A DNA stretch of 64,000 nucleotides from an uncultured Eubacteriales bacterium (GTDB taxonomy: Bacteria; Acidobacteriota; Aminicenantia; Aminicenantales; Saccharicenantaceae): assembly GCA_964525875.1 (NCBI GenBank), contig CAZGJS010000002.1, forward strand, positions 118,577 to 182,576, read 5' to 3'. The translations under genes and the position numbers were made by a program. The notes beneath the pieces are model-generated. The model made no database searches. It was not told the origin of the DNA and saw only the letters and a list, made by a program, of their open reading frames with translations. Of this stretch, positions 8,774 through 18,853 are shown piece after piece; the first letter of the stretch is position 1, and each line of letters starts with the position of its first letter.

Positions 8774-10156
8774 ATGATGGTGGCTAGGAATCTTCGGAAC
8801 GCGTCAGGACTTTCGGGCGGGCTCCTGTTTTTCTGCCTGATGGCCTCCCTCGTGTCTGCCCGGAGCGTGGAGAATCCCGGCAAATTCTTCGTCCTCGACA
8901 ACGGCATGCGCGTTTTCCTCTATGAAAAACGCGACCTGCCCCTCCTCCACGTCGTCACCGGCTTCGACGTCGGCTCCAAGAACGAAACCGACGAAACGAG
9001 CGGCCTGGTCCACCTCCTCGAGCACTGCATTCTCTTCCGGGGGACATCCTTCCGTTCCGGAGCCGAGGTCAGCGCCGATATCCGCCGTCATGGGGCCTAT
9101 TTCAACGCCAACACGGGACAGGACCTGTCCCTTTTCGAGATCTCTCTTCCCGCCGAGCACGCCGAATTCGCGCTCCGGAACCAGAAGGACATCCTCTTCG
9201 GGCTCGACTTGAGCCAGATCGAACTCGACGAGGAGAAGGAAGTCCTCCTCGAAGAGTACAACCAGATGGAGGACGATCCGCAGCGGAACGCGGTGGACCT
9301 CGTCCTCCAGGCCCTTTTCCCCGGACATCCCTATGGACGTTCGGTTTACGGACGGCGGGAGGTCATCCGAACGGCCACGGTCGAGGGGGTGCTCGGCTTT
9401 TACCGGAAATATTTCGTCGCCGATAACTGCGCGCTGGCCGTCGTCGGCGATTTCGCGACAGCCGACATGGAGCGGTTGGTCCGGGATGTCTTCGGCCCGC
9501 TGCCGAAAACGGGTCTCTCGCCCGAGACGTTTCCTGGCGCCCTCCCCTTGAAAAAAGCCGTCGTCCAGCGCTTCGAGCGCGATGTCGAGGACGCCTATCT
9601 TTTTATCGGCTTTGTGGCCCCGGACTACAACCACGCCGACCAGTACGCCATGAACGTGCTGGCGGAGGTGCTGGGCCGGGGGGTCAACCCCCTTCTCCCC
9701 GCCCAGCTCCAAAGAGAACGGGATTCGGTCCAGACCGTCTCCATGGCCTACCTCGCCTTGCGCTTCGGCGGAGCGGCGATCGTCTCCATTAAAATGACTC
9801 CCGGGGACATGCCGGCCATCTATCGCGCGGCCGTGGGATATCTCAAGCAGGCTCATAACGAAGCTTATTCGAAAAAGGATTTCATGGGCGAGGCCGAAAT
9901 GTCCGCCTTCGACTACCTAGAGAGCGCCAAAAATCAGATCCGGTTCGCCGTGGGGCGAGCCGAAGAATCCGGGCTGCAGCTGGCCGGATCGCTGGCCAGG
10001 CACCTCCTCCTCAACACGCGCGATAAAACCGGGCGATACCTGGATGAGATCGGGAGGGTCGATTCGAGCGACCTCAGAAAAACGGCGGCCAGGTACCTCG
10101 GCAAGGGCGAATACGTCGCCGTTTCCATCGTCCCGCGGAAGGGCGGAAAAGGATGA
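8774..10156 (+). CDS. M16 family zinc peptidase (insulinase/pitrilysin-like), catalytic subunit, secreted
   Basis: Inverted zinc-binding motif HLLEHCILFRGT (HxxEH) plus an N-terminal signal-like segment. The start at the internal ATG (MMVARNL...) is preferred. The tracked ORF begins at 8708. Confidence 0.8.
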   Translation: MMVARNLRNASGLSGGLLFFCLMASLVSARSVENPGKFFVLDNGMRVFLYEKRDLPLLHVVTGFDVGSKNETDETSGLVHLLEHCILFRGTSFRSGAEVSADIRRHGAYFNANTGQDLSLFEISLPAEHAEFALRNQKDILFGLDLSQIELDEEKEVLLEEYNQMEDDPQRNAVDLVLQALFPGHPYGRSVYGRREVIRTATVEGVLGFYRKYFVADNCALAVVGDFATADMERLVRDVFGPLPKTGLSPETFPGALPLKKAVVQRFERDVEDAYLFIGFVAPDYNHADQYAMNVLAEVLGRGVNPLLPAQLQRERDSVQTVSMAYLALRFGGAAIVSIKMTPGDMPAIYRAAVGYLKQAHNEAYSKKDFMGEAEMSAFDYLESAKNQIRFAVGRAEESGLQLAGSLARHLLLNTRDKTGRYLDEIGRVDSSDLRKTAARYLGKGEYVAVSIVPRKGGKG

Positions 10157-11478
10157 AACGCGCTCCGGCAACGCTTTTGTGCACGGCCCTCATGATGACG
10201 GGCTGGTCGGCCGGCCCTCGTGAGCTGCCCTGGAAGGAGCGCCCCGAAAAATTCACGCTGACGACCGGCCTCCCCTGCGTTTACCAGAAGGACAAGAGCT
10301 CGCCGACGACGGTCGTTGGGCTGTTCGCTCCAGGGGGCAAGTCGGCCGTGCCCAAGGCGCTCGACGGGTTGGCCTACCTCGCGACGCGCCTGACCCTCGA
10401 GATCCCCGACGAGGGCAAGGTCCAGGACCTCATGTCCCAGGCGACGCGGTTGAGCGTCCTCTGCTCGGAGGACTTCTCGGCTGTCCTCATCGAGTGCCTG
10501 TCTGAAAACCTCGAAGAGGCCCTCCGGGTGGCCGGCAAGATCATCCAGGACCCCCTCATCACAAGTCTCCGGATCGGCCGGACCAAAGAGATGATGAAGC
10601 TCTACGGGCGGTCCGAGGAGGACGAATCCACCATCGCCGCCCATAACGCCGTCATGAAGGCCTTTTTCGACGGAAACGGCTGCGGGACCGCCGTTTACGG
10701 GACGGAAGAGAGCCTCAGGGCCATCGACCGGAAGGACGCCCTCGCCTTTTACCGCCGCTTTTTCACCAAGCCGAACCTCTTTTTTTGTGTCGGGACGGAC
10801 CTCGAGAAGGAGCCGGTCCGGGCCCTCCTCGAGAAGTATTTCGCCAAGTTTCCGGATGGTGAAGCCGGGGGCATCGCTCCGGCCCCGCCGGCCCTTCCAT
10901 CCAACCGCAAGATCGTCCTTCCCAAGGACACGAAACAAACCTATATCAGCCGCGCCTTCGCGCTTCCGGCTCCGGACGCGCCCAACCAGGCCAAGGGATA
11001 CCTGCTCGAGACCCTTCTCGGGAAGGGCCCCGGATCGCGGCTCTGGGGATTGCGGATGACCGAAAAGCTGGCCTACAACGTCGACGCCCATGTGACGTGG
11101 ACGAAAAGCTCGGGAATCCTCGAGGCCTACCTGGAGACCGAGAACGCCAAGAGCCCCCGGGCGTCAGAGGCGCTCGACCGGACTCTCGCCGGCCTCCAGG
11201 ACAAAGGGATCACGGAGGAAGAACTCCGGACGACCAGGACGATGGCCAAGGCCCAGCTCCTTCGCGCGACGGAAGGCAAGGCCCCCCGGGTGCGAATTCT
11301 CGGGCTTTTCGAGGTCCTCGGGCTGGGCCATGGACATCTCGCGGGGCTCTTCGAAGCCATCGATGACGTCACGCTCGAGGACATGAACGCCTACATACGC
11401 GAGGCCCTCGCCCCCGAGAGGGCGCTCAAGGTGACCATCGGACCGGCTGGGACCGGTCAAACGCAAGGAGGCCGTTGA
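10153..11478 (+). CDS. M16 family peptidase, second (probably non-catalytic) subunit
   Basis: 441 aa protein with M16 fold features but no HxxEH motif. Its ATG overlaps the upstream M16 stop (ATGA) and it has a signal-like N-terminus. Confidence 0.7.
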   Translation: MKRAPATLLCTALMMTGWSAGPRELPWKERPEKFTLTTGLPCVYQKDKSSPTTVVGLFAPGGKSAVPKALDGLAYLATRLTLEIPDEGKVQDLMSQATRLSVLCSEDFSAVLIECLSENLEEALRVAGKIIQDPLITSLRIGRTKEMMKLYGRSEEDESTIAAHNAVMKAFFDGNGCGTAVYGTEESLRAIDRKDALAFYRRFFTKPNLFFCVGTDLEKEPVRALLEKYFAKFPDGEAGGIAPAPPALPSNRKIVLPKDTKQTYISRAFALPAPDAPNQAKGYLLETLLGKGPGSRLWGLRMTEKLAYNVDAHVTWTKSSGILEAYLETENAKSPRASEALDRTLAGLQDKGITEEELRTTRTMAKAQLLRATEGKAPRVRILGLFEVLGLGHGHLAGLFEAIDDVTLEDMNAYIREALAPERALKVTIGPAGTGQTQGGR

Positions 11479-12626
11479 TGCCGGGCTTAAGCGAAAAAGA
11501 CCTTGTTGACCTCGTACGCTCCGTGTTCCCCGGGGACACCGGAGACCGCGCCCTCGGGATCCTCGTCGACATCCCGCGCGACCCCGCCCGCGACAACCCG
11601 GATTGGAAGGCTCGAAGGGCCATGGCCGAAGATTGGCACGCTCGCCTCAAAGCCGGAGCGGCGGCCGTTCCCCTGGAGACCGTTCTGCTCGTCGCCTACC
11701 CCGACGTCGGCTCCAACAACGCCGACCTGCCGGCCGAAGCCATGATCATGAACGCCGGCCTTCCGGGCGACGCCTCCGGGCTCGCCGGCCGCGGTGTGCT
11801 CCTTCCCTTTGAAAGGATCTTCCGGGAAACGCAGCTGTTTCTCGCCCCGACCGAGTACTCGACGACGGCCCCGCTCAAGAACGCCGCCGGACGCCACCTC
11901 TTCCGCGCCGCCACGATGCCCGGCTTCTCCGATCGGATGATCCCGGCCTTGCGCATCGACTACGGCGAGGTCGGTCGCCGCGTCGGTCTCCTCAAGGCCA
12001 AGCTGGACAGGGCGGAAGCGGCCGAGGTCGAGTTCCTGGTCGACGGCGAGCGGATCTGCGTCATGGTTTTCGACCTTCGGCACCGCACGGCCCATGAAAG
12101 CAGCGGACGTTTCCCGGTAAAAGGCACGGCCGGAAACCTCCCCAGCGGAGAAGCCTATATCGTCCCCTACGAGGGCGAAATGAAGGAAGCCAGCCTGACG
12201 GAGGGCATCCTCCCCGTCGAGATCGATGATGAGATCGTCATGTTCACGGTCGAAGGCAACAGGGCCGTCGCCGTTCGAGGTTCCGGAGCAGCCCGGGAAG
12301 CCGAGGCCGCCCATCTCGAAAGAGAGCCCGCCTACGGGAACATGGCCGAGCTCGGTTTCGGCGTCTTGGGCGATTTCGGGCTGCTTCCGGTCGGCGAGAT
12401 CCTCCTCGACGAAAAGCTGGGGCTGCATATCGCTTTCGGCCGGAGCGACCACTTCGGAGGCCGGGTGGGCCCGGCCGACTTCTCTTCCGCCGCCGAGGTC
12501 ATCCATCTTGACCGCATCTACATCCCGGCGACCCAGCCGAGGATCCTCGTCCGCTCCGTCGTCCTCCGCCACCCGGACTCCACCCTGGAGGTCCTCATGG
12601 AAAATGGCCGGTATACGGTCTTCTAG
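11478..12626 (+). CDS. M29 family aminopeptidase (AmpS/aminopeptidase T-like)
   Basis: Motifs GNLPSGEAYIVP, NMAELGFGVLGD and LHIAFGRSDHFGG resemble M29 signatures. AGGAGG lies 6 nt upstream of the ATG, which overlaps the M16 stop (TGATG). Confidence 0.6.
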   Translation: MPGLSEKDLVDLVRSVFPGDTGDRALGILVDIPRDPARDNPDWKARRAMAEDWHARLKAGAAAVPLETVLLVAYPDVGSNNADLPAEAMIMNAGLPGDASGLAGRGVLLPFERIFRETQLFLAPTEYSTTAPLKNAAGRHLFRAATMPGFSDRMIPALRIDYGEVGRRVGLLKAKLDRAEAAEVEFLVDGERICVMVFDLRHRTAHESSGRFPVKGTAGNLPSGEAYIVPYEGEMKEASLTEGILPVEIDDEIVMFTVEGNRAVAVRGSGAAREAEAAHLEREPAYGNMAELGFGVLGDFGLLPVGEILLDEKLGLHIAFGRSDHFGGRVGPADFSSAAEVIHLDRIYIPATQPRILVRSVVLRHPDSTLEVLMENGRYTVF

Positions 12627-12656
12627 GCCTCAGCGAAATTCTTTGCTGCGGATTCG

Positions 12657-15600
12657 CTACTCCGCCATTTTCTTGTAAGACGCGAAGCGCTTCTTGGCCT
12701 CCTCGGCGGCGCGGGCGAAGAGCTCCGTGGCGATTTCCGGGTTCTGCTGGACGAGCGTCCGGTAGCGGACCTCATTCTTGAGGAACGCGTCGTATTCGAG
12801 CTTGGGTTCCCGGGAGTCGAGCTGTAGCGGGTTTTTGCCTTCCTTGGCCAACAACGGGTTGAAACGATAGAGGATCCAGTAGCCCGTGTCCACGGCCAGC
12901 TTCATCTCGGCTTGGGCCTTGCTCATGTCGATACCGTGGTTGATGCACGGCGAGTAGGCGATGATGATCGCCGGGCCGGGAAAGGCCTCGGCCTCGAGGA
13001 AGGCCTTGAGGCACTGGTTCATGTTCGCGCCCATGGCCACGGACGCGACGTAGACGTAGCCGTAGCTCATGACCATCCGGCCGAGATCCTTCTTGGCCGT
13101 CTTCTTGCCCGAGGTGGCGAACTTGGCCACCGAGCCGAGCGGCGTGGCCTTGGAGGCCTGGCCGCCGGTGTTGGAATAGACTTCGGTGTCGAGGACAAGC
13201 ACGTTGATCTTGCGGTTCATGGCCAGGACGTGGTCGAGGCCGCCGTAGCCGATATCGTAGGCCCAGCCGTCGCCGCCGATGCACCAGACGCTTTTCTCGA
13301 CGAGGAAATCCTTGAGCTCGTCGACCTTCGTGAGATAGGGCTTGGCCCCGTTGGCCTTGGCCAGCGCCGCGGGCAGCGCGGCCCTGACCGCCTTGGCGGC
13401 GGCCTTGGCTTCCTCGCCCGTCGAAGTCCAGGCGCCCTTCATCTTGGCCAAAGCGTCCGTGAGCTCGGGCAGCGTTCCCGCGGCCAGGGCGCCTTCGATC
13501 GAAGCCGCCAGCAGACGGCGGTTGGCGTCAACGGCCAGGCGCATGCCGAAACCGTATTCGGCGTTGTCCTCGAAAAGGGAGTTGGCCCAGGCCGGCCCCT
13601 TGCCTTCGGCGTTCACGCAGTAGGGCGAGGTCGGGAACGTGCCGCCGTAGATCGACGAGCAGCCCGTGGCGTTGGCAATGATCATCCGGTCGCCGAAGAG
13701 CTGGGTGGCCAGCTTGACGTAGGGCGTTTCGCCGCAGCCGGCGCAGGCGCCGCTGAATTCGAACAGGGGCCTCAGGAACTGGCTGCCCTTGAGCGTGTCG
13801 GGCCTGATGCCGTCGACGACGTTGTCGGGGAGCCTGTCGAAGAATTCGGCCTTCTGGGTCTCGCCCGCAGCCCGCAGCTCCGCGATGGATGTCATGACCA
13901 GGGCCTTGTTCTTGGCCGGGCAAACCTGGGCGCACGAGCCGCACCCGACGCAGTCCTCGATGTAGCACTGGACGCGGTACTGGAGGACCCTGTCGTTCTT
14001 GGTGTTGGATTTGAGGGCGGTGAAACCCTGGGGAGCGCCCAGAAGGTCGGCCGGGGCGATCTGCTTGGCCCGGATCGAGGCGTGGGGGCAGACGAAGGAG
14101 CACTGGTTGCATTGGGTGCAGTTCTCGGGGATCCACTTCGGGCATTCGACGGCAATGCCGCGTTTTTCCAGACGGGAAGTCGCCGTGGGCACGGCTCCGT
14201 CGAGGGGCATCTTGGAGACGGGCAGGCTGTCGCCCTTGAACCGGGTGACGGGATCGATGACCTCCCGGGCGAAGGTGCCGGCGTCGTCGGGGACGATCTT
14301 GGTGACAGGGGCCGACTTGGTGATCTTGGCCGGGATGGGGATTTCTTCAAGGGCGGCGGCGGACCGGTCGACGGCGTCCCAGTTCATCTGGACGACTTCT
14401 TGGCCCTTGCGGACGTAAGTCTTTTCGATGGCCTTCTTGATGAGCTTGATGGCCTCGTCCCCGGGGAGGACTCCGGAGAGTTTGAAGAAGCAGGCCTGCA
14501 TGATCGAGTTGATACGCAGGCCCAGGCCGAGCTCGCCGGCGATCTTCAGGGCATCGATATTGTAGACCTTGACCTTCTTGGCGATGATCGTCTTCTGCAT
14601 GTCCTCGGTCAGGTTCTCGAAGACCTCGTCGGTCTTCCAGTTGGAGTTGATGAGGAACGTCCCGCCCTCGCGGATACCCTCGAGGATGTCCAGCCGCCCG
14701 ATATAAGACGGTTTGTGAAGGGCGACGAAATCGACCGTGCTGAGGAAGTACTGCGATTGGATGGGGCTTTTCCCGAAGCGGAGATGGGAGATGGTGACGC
14801 CGCCCGATTTTTTCGAGTCGTACTGGAAATAGCCCTGGCCGTACATGTCCGTGCTATCGGCGATGATCTTGATCGAGTTTTTGTTGGCGCCGACCGTCCC
14901 GTCCGAGCCGTAGCCGTAGAACTTGCAGCGGACCGTGCCGGGGAGCTCGGCGTCGATGGCCGGGCCGACGGGGATCGAAGTGTGGGCGACGTCGTCCGTG
15001 ATGCCTACGGTGAAGCCGTGCGTCGCCTGCCCGTCGAGATGGTCGTAGACGGCCTTGACCATGCTGGGGGTGAACTCCTTCGAGGAGAGGCCGTAGCGGC
15101 CGCCGATCGTCTTGACCGGCCGGCCGGAGAGGGCCAGGGCGACGTCGAGGTAGAGCGGCTCGCCGATCGAGCCGGGCTCCTTGGTCCTGTCGAGGACGGC
15201 GATCTTTTTCACCGAGGCCGGGATGGCCGCGAGGAGGGCGGCCGTATCGAAGGGGCGGTAGAGCCGGACCTTGACCAGCCCCAGCTTGGCCCCGCGCACG
15301 TTGAGGTAATTAATCGTTTCCTCGGCCGTTTCAGCGCCCGAACCCATCATGACGATGACCTTGTCGGCGTCGGGCGCCCCGAAATAGTCGAAGAGGTGGT
15401 ATTGACGGCCGATGACCTTGGCCACCTTGTCCATGTAATGCTGGACGAGGCCCGGGCACTCGGCGTAGTACTTGTTGACGGTCTCCCGTCCCTGGAAGTA
15501 TACGTCCGGGTTCTGCTGGCCGACCTTGAGCATGGGGCGCTCGGGGTTGAGGGAGCGTTTCCGGAATGCCTCGAGGTGCTCCGGCTCGAAGAGACCGGCC

Positions 15601-16187
15601 AGCGTCTCGTAGGAAACGAGGTCAACCTTCTCGACGACGTTCGAGGTCCGGAAGCCGTCGAAGAAGTGGAGGAAAGGGATCGTGCTCCGCAGGGTCGTCA
15701 AATAGGAGACGATGGCCAGGTCCTGGGCCTCCTGGACCGAGCCGGCGCAGGTCAGGGCGAAACCCGTGTTGCGGGCGGCCATGACATCGCTGTGGTCGCC
15801 GAAGATCGATAGCGACTGGCAGGCCAGCGACCGGGCCGAGACCAGGAAGAGCGTCGGCAGCATTTCGCCTGCGATCTTGTGCATGTTGGGGAGCATGAGC
15901 ATCAGGCCCTGGGACGCCGTGAAGGTCGTGGTCAGGGCGCCGGCCGAGAGAGCGCCGTGGACCGCGCCGGAGGCGCCGCCTTCGGACTGCATCTCGATGA
16001 CGTCCACCTGCTGGCCGAAAATGTTCTTCCGGCCTTCGGCGGACCACTCGTCGGCCAGTTCCCCCATCGTCGAGGACGGGGTGATCGGGTAGATGGCGGC
16101 TATCTCGGAATACGCGTAGGCGACGTGCGTCGCCGCCGTGTTCCCGTCGATCGTCTGCATATTCTTTTTCAAGTCGGACTCCTTCAA
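12657..16187 (-). CDS. nifJ: pyruvate:ferredoxin (flavodoxin) oxidoreductase, single-chain PFOR
   Basis: 1176 aa. N-terminus TIDGNTAATHVAYAYSEIAAIYPITPSS. Two ferredoxin-type 4Fe-4S motifs (CTQCNQCSFVCPHA, CVGCGSCAQVCP). TPP domain GGDGWAYDIGYGG. Confidence 0.95.
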   Translation of the reverse strand: MKESDLKKNMQTIDGNTAATHVAYAYSEIAAIYPITPSSTMGELADEWSAEGRKNIFGQQVDVIEMQSEGGASGAVHGALSAGALTTTFTASQGLMLMLPNMHKIAGEMLPTLFLVSARSLACQSLSIFGDHSDVMAARNTGFALTCAGSVQEAQDLAIVSYLTTLRSTIPFLHFFDGFRTSNVVEKVDLVSYETLAGLFEPEHLEAFRKRSLNPERPMLKVGQQNPDVYFQGRETVNKYYAECPGLVQHYMDKVAKVIGRQYHLFDYFGAPDADKVIVMMGSGAETAEETINYLNVRGAKLGLVKVRLYRPFDTAALLAAIPASVKKIAVLDRTKEPGSIGEPLYLDVALALSGRPVKTIGGRYGLSSKEFTPSMVKAVYDHLDGQATHGFTVGITDDVAHTSIPVGPAIDAELPGTVRCKFYGYGSDGTVGANKNSIKIIADSTDMYGQGYFQYDSKKSGGVTISHLRFGKSPIQSQYFLSTVDFVALHKPSYIGRLDILEGIREGGTFLINSNWKTDEVFENLTEDMQKTIIAKKVKVYNIDALKIAGELGLGLRINSIMQACFFKLSGVLPGDEAIKLIKKAIEKTYVRKGQEVVQMNWDAVDRSAAALEEIPIPAKITKSAPVTKIVPDDAGTFAREVIDPVTRFKGDSLPVSKMPLDGAVPTATSRLEKRGIAVECPKWIPENCTQCNQCSFVCPHASIRAKQIAPADLLGAPQGFTALKSNTKNDRVLQYRVQCYIEDCVGCGSCAQVCPAKNKALVMTSIAELRAAGETQKAEFFDRLPDNVVDGIRPDTLKGSQFLRPLFEFSGACAGCGETPYVKLATQLFGDRMIIANATGCSSIYGGTFPTSPYCVNAEGKGPAWANSLFEDNAEYGFGMRLAVDANRRLLAASIEGALAAGTLPELTDALAKMKGAWTSTGEEAKAAAKAVRAALPAALAKANGAKPYLTKVDELKDFLVEKSVWCIGGDGWAYDIGYGGLDHVLAMNRKINVLVLDTEVYSNTGGQASKATPLGSVAKFATSGKKTAKKDLGRMVMSYGYVYVASVAMGANMNQCLKAFLEAEAFPGPAIIIAYSPCINHGIDMSKAQAEMKLAVDTGYWILYRFNPLLAKEGKNPLQLDSREPKLEYDAFLKNEVRYRTLVQQNPEIATELFARAAEEAKKRFASYKKMAE

Positions 16188-16218
16188 TATGTTCGAACGC
16201 CATTCGCGGCGTGTCGTG

Positions 16219-16824
16219 TCAATCCTTGAGCTCCGTCCTGCCCTCCAGGGCTTTCTTGATGGTCACCTGGTCGGCGAAATCGAGGTCGGAGCCGACCGGA
16301 AGCCCCATGGCCAGCCGAGTGATCCGGATGCCGAACTCCTTGAGCACCCGGTGAAGGTAGAGGGCCGTGGCCTCCCCTTCCACCGTCGGATTGGTGGCGA
16401 CGATGATCTCCTTGAAGGCCCCCCCTTCGATCCTCTTGACGAGTTTCCCCAGCCGGAGCTCGTCGGGCCCGCGGCCCTTGAGCGGAGAGAGGGCGCCCAG
16501 GAGGACGTGGTAACGCCCGCTGTAGGCGCCCGTCTTCTCGATCGAGGAAATGTTGAACGGTTCCTCGACTATGCACAATGACTCGTCGGACCGTTGGGGG
16601 TCGGTACAGATCAGGCACGGGTCGACGTGGGTGATGTTGTTGCAGCGCCCGCAGTAAAAGATCTTCCTCTTGGCCTCCCGGATGGCCTCGGCCAGCCGGT
16701 CGGCGTCCTCGGTCGGGAGCCCGAGGAAATAAAAGGCGATACGCTGGGCGGTCTTGGCTCCGATGCCGGGGATCCGCCGCAGCTCCTCGATGAGCTCGTG
16801 CAGGGGCTGGGCGTATTCGAACAT
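16219..16824 (-). CDS. recR: recombination protein RecR
   Basis: 201 aa with a helix-hairpin-helix (IPGIGAKTAQRIAF), C4 zinc finger (CGRCNNITHVDPCLIC) and Toprim region. Confidence 0.9.
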   Translation of the reverse strand: MFEYAQPLHELIEELRRIPGIGAKTAQRIAFYFLGLPTEDADRLAEAIREAKRKIFYCGRCNNITHVDPCLICTDPQRSDESLCIVEEPFNISSIEKTGAYSGRYHVLLGALSPLKGRGPDELRLGKLVKRIEGGAFKEIIVATNPTVEGEATALYLHRVLKEFGIRITRLAMGLPVGSDLDFADQVTIKKALEGRTELKD

Positions 16825-17135
16825 CAGAACAATCCCGGGATCTTGAGCCCGCCGCCGAGGCCGCCCAGCTTCTGGGCCAACGCCTCGTCGACCTTGGCCG
16901 CCGCGTCGTTGAAGGCGGCCACGATCAGGTCCTGGAGCATCTCAACCTCGTTCTTGTCGGCGACTTCCGGCTCGATGCGTATGGACTGCAGGGCCTTGTG
17001 GCCGTCGAGGACGAGACTGACCATGCCGCCGCCGCTCGATCCCTCGACGCGCAGGGCCGCGAACTCCTGCTGGAGCCGGTCCTGCATCTCCTTGGCCGCT
17101 TTCATCATTTTCTGAAGGTCCATGACGTTTTTCAT
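16824..17135 (-). CDS. ybaB: nucleoid-associated protein YbaB/EbfC
   Basis: 103 aa: MKNVMDLQKMMKAAKEMQDRLQQE...GGGMVSLVLDG, the canonical YbaB family. It sits between dnaX and recR. Confidence 0.9.
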   Translation of the reverse strand: MKNVMDLQKMMKAAKEMQDRLQQEFAALRVEGSSGGGMVSLVLDGHKALQSIRIEPEVADKNEVEMLQDLIVAAFNDAAAKVDEALAQKLGGLGGGLKIPGLF

Positions 17136-18853
17136 GTTCCGTTCTCCGTTGGACCAGGTCCCTTGGGCGGGACGTCGCGCGTGGACTGGATGGGGTCCGC
17201 CGAGAGAACCGAAGCCTTGAACGTGTTCATGAAGAACTGCACGGCCGGGTCCTTGAGGGCCGCCTCGAGCTCCCGGCCCGGGCGGATGGGGCCGCCGTCG
17301 GTGGCGTTCTCCTCGGCAAAGCGGACCTTCGTTTCATGGCCCAGGACTTCCGAGGCCGCCCGCTCGACCGCCCGGATGTCCTTCTCCTGGATGCTCGTGA
17401 CGAAAAAGCCCCGGCCGCTTGCGAAAAAGACTTCGAGGACGTTGTCCTTGACCATGATCGATGAGTACTGGGCCAGGAGGGCGGCCAGCGGGGCCCTGTC
17501 CGTCGCCAGTTTTTCGAGGACACGCTTGAAGACGTCTTTCTGGACCGGAGGGGCGGTTTTGGCGACCGAAGCGGGGCCGGGCGGCGGTTCTCCGGCCGGG
17601 ATAGGACGTCCCGTCCCTCCGGCGGAGGGGGCGCCGGCAGGCGAAGTCCCCGGGGGTTTTGGGAGCGTCCGTTGGGGCTCCTTCTTGAGCGACTCCACGT
17701 CCCGGATGAGTTCCTGGAGTGGCACGATCTTGCGAAAGTGGCAGAGTTTAATGAGGAAGGCTTCGAGGTAGATCCGGGGCATGGCCGAGTACTTCAAGCC
17801 GGCTTCGGCCTGCTGGAGCGCGAGCAGGTAGCGGAGGAGGTCCTCGGCCGTGGCCTTCGAGGCCTGGCCGCGCAGGGCCTGGAGTTCTTCCGCGCTGGCG
17901 AGGAGCAGGTCCTCCGGCTTTTCGACGGAACGGACGAGGAGGAGGGCCCGAAAATGCTCGATGAGCTTGCCGAAGACGAAACGGAGGTCGTAGCCGGCGG
18001 CGGCAACGCTTTCGACCAGGGGGAAAACGTCCGCGGGCTTTTCGTCGAGGACGGCCGTCGAAAACTGGAAGACGACCTCCGGGCCGATCGCCCCGAGGAT
18101 CGTCTTGAGGTCCTCGTCGCCGATGTTCTCGCCGCTGAAGGCCACGGCCTGGTCGAGCAGGCTCTGGGCGTCCCGCATGCTGCCGTCGGCGGCCTCAGCG
18201 ATCATGGCCAGGCCGACGGGGGTGATGGTGATCGCTTCCTTCCTGGCGATCTCCACGAGGTGGTTGATGATGTCCTTGTGGGAGATCTTGCGGAACTCGA
18301 AGTGCTGGCACCGCGAAACGATCGTCGCCGGGACCTTGTTGAACTCCGTCGTCGCGAAGATGAAGACCGTGTTCGGCGGCGGCTCTTCGAGGGTCTTGAG
18401 AAGGGCGTTGAAGCCTTCCTTGGTGATCTGGTGGACCTCGTCGATGATGACGACCTTGTAGCGGGTGTAGATCGCCTTGTACTTCAGCGACTCGCGAAGG
18501 GCCCGGATCTCGTCGATACCCCGGTTGGAGGCGCCGTCGATCTCCAGGACGTCGATCGCCCTGTCCTCGCTGATGGCCGCGCAATATTCGCAGGGCTTGT
18601 TCTTTTCGTCCGCGCCGTCCTTGTCCTCGATCTTGCAGGGGCTCGCTGTCGGGCCGTTGGTGCAGTTCAGGGCCCTGGCCAAGATGCGGGCGACCGAGGT
18701 CTTTCCCGTCCCCCTCATCCCCGAGAAGAGGTAGGCTTGGGAGATCCGGCCCATTTGGATGGCGTTCTGGATCGTTCGGACGACGGACTTCTGCCCGATG
18801 ACCTCTTCGAAGGCTTGCGGCCTGTATTTCCTGGCGAATATCTTGTAGGACAT
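17132..18853 (-). CDS. dnaX: DNA polymerase III subunit gamma/tau
   Basis: N-terminus YRPQAFEEVIGQKSVVRTIQNAI, Walker A GMRGTGKTSVARILA, and zinc module CEYCAAI. It has a Pro/Ala-rich linker and tau C-terminal region. Confidence 0.9.
   Translation of the reverse strand: MSYKIFARKYRPQAFEEVIGQKSVVRTIQNAIQMGRISQAYLFSGMRGTGKTSVARILARALNCTNGPTASPCKIEDKDGADEKNKPCEYCAAISEDRAIDVLEIDGASNRGIDEIRALRESLKYKAIYTRYKVVIIDEVHQITKEGFNALLKTLEEPPPNTVFIFATTEFNKVPATIVSRCQHFEFRKISHKDIINHLVEIARKEAITITPVGLAMIAEAADGSMRDAQSLLDQAVAFSGENIGDEDLKTILGAIGPEVVFQFSTAVLDEKPADVFPLVESVAAAGYDLRFVFGKLIEHFRALLLVRSVEKPEDLLLASAEELQALRGQASKATAEDLLRYLLALQQAEAGLKYSAMPRIYLEAFLIKLCHFRKIVPLQELIRDVESLKKEPQRTLPKPPGTSPAGAPSAGGTGRPIPAGEPPPGPASVAKTAPPVQKDVFKRVLEKLATDRAPLAALLAQYSSIMVKDNVLEVFFASGRGFFVTSIQEKDIRAVERAASEVLGHETKVRFAEENATDGGPIRPGRELEAALKDPAVQFFMNTFKASVLSADPIQSTRDVPPKGPGPTENGT

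Noticed and set aside
12912-15812. 966-aa plus-strand ORF.
   Set aside because: It lies entirely antisense to the PFOR gene. Its composition is dominated by G/D/R/A/L with no recognisable domains, so it is a GC-frame artefact.
17132-18853. Programmed -1 frameshift site in dnaX (A AAA AAG heptamer).
   Set aside because: No A-rich slippery heptamer is visible on the coding strand. A gamma subunit, if made, is not produced by an E. coli-type frameshift here.
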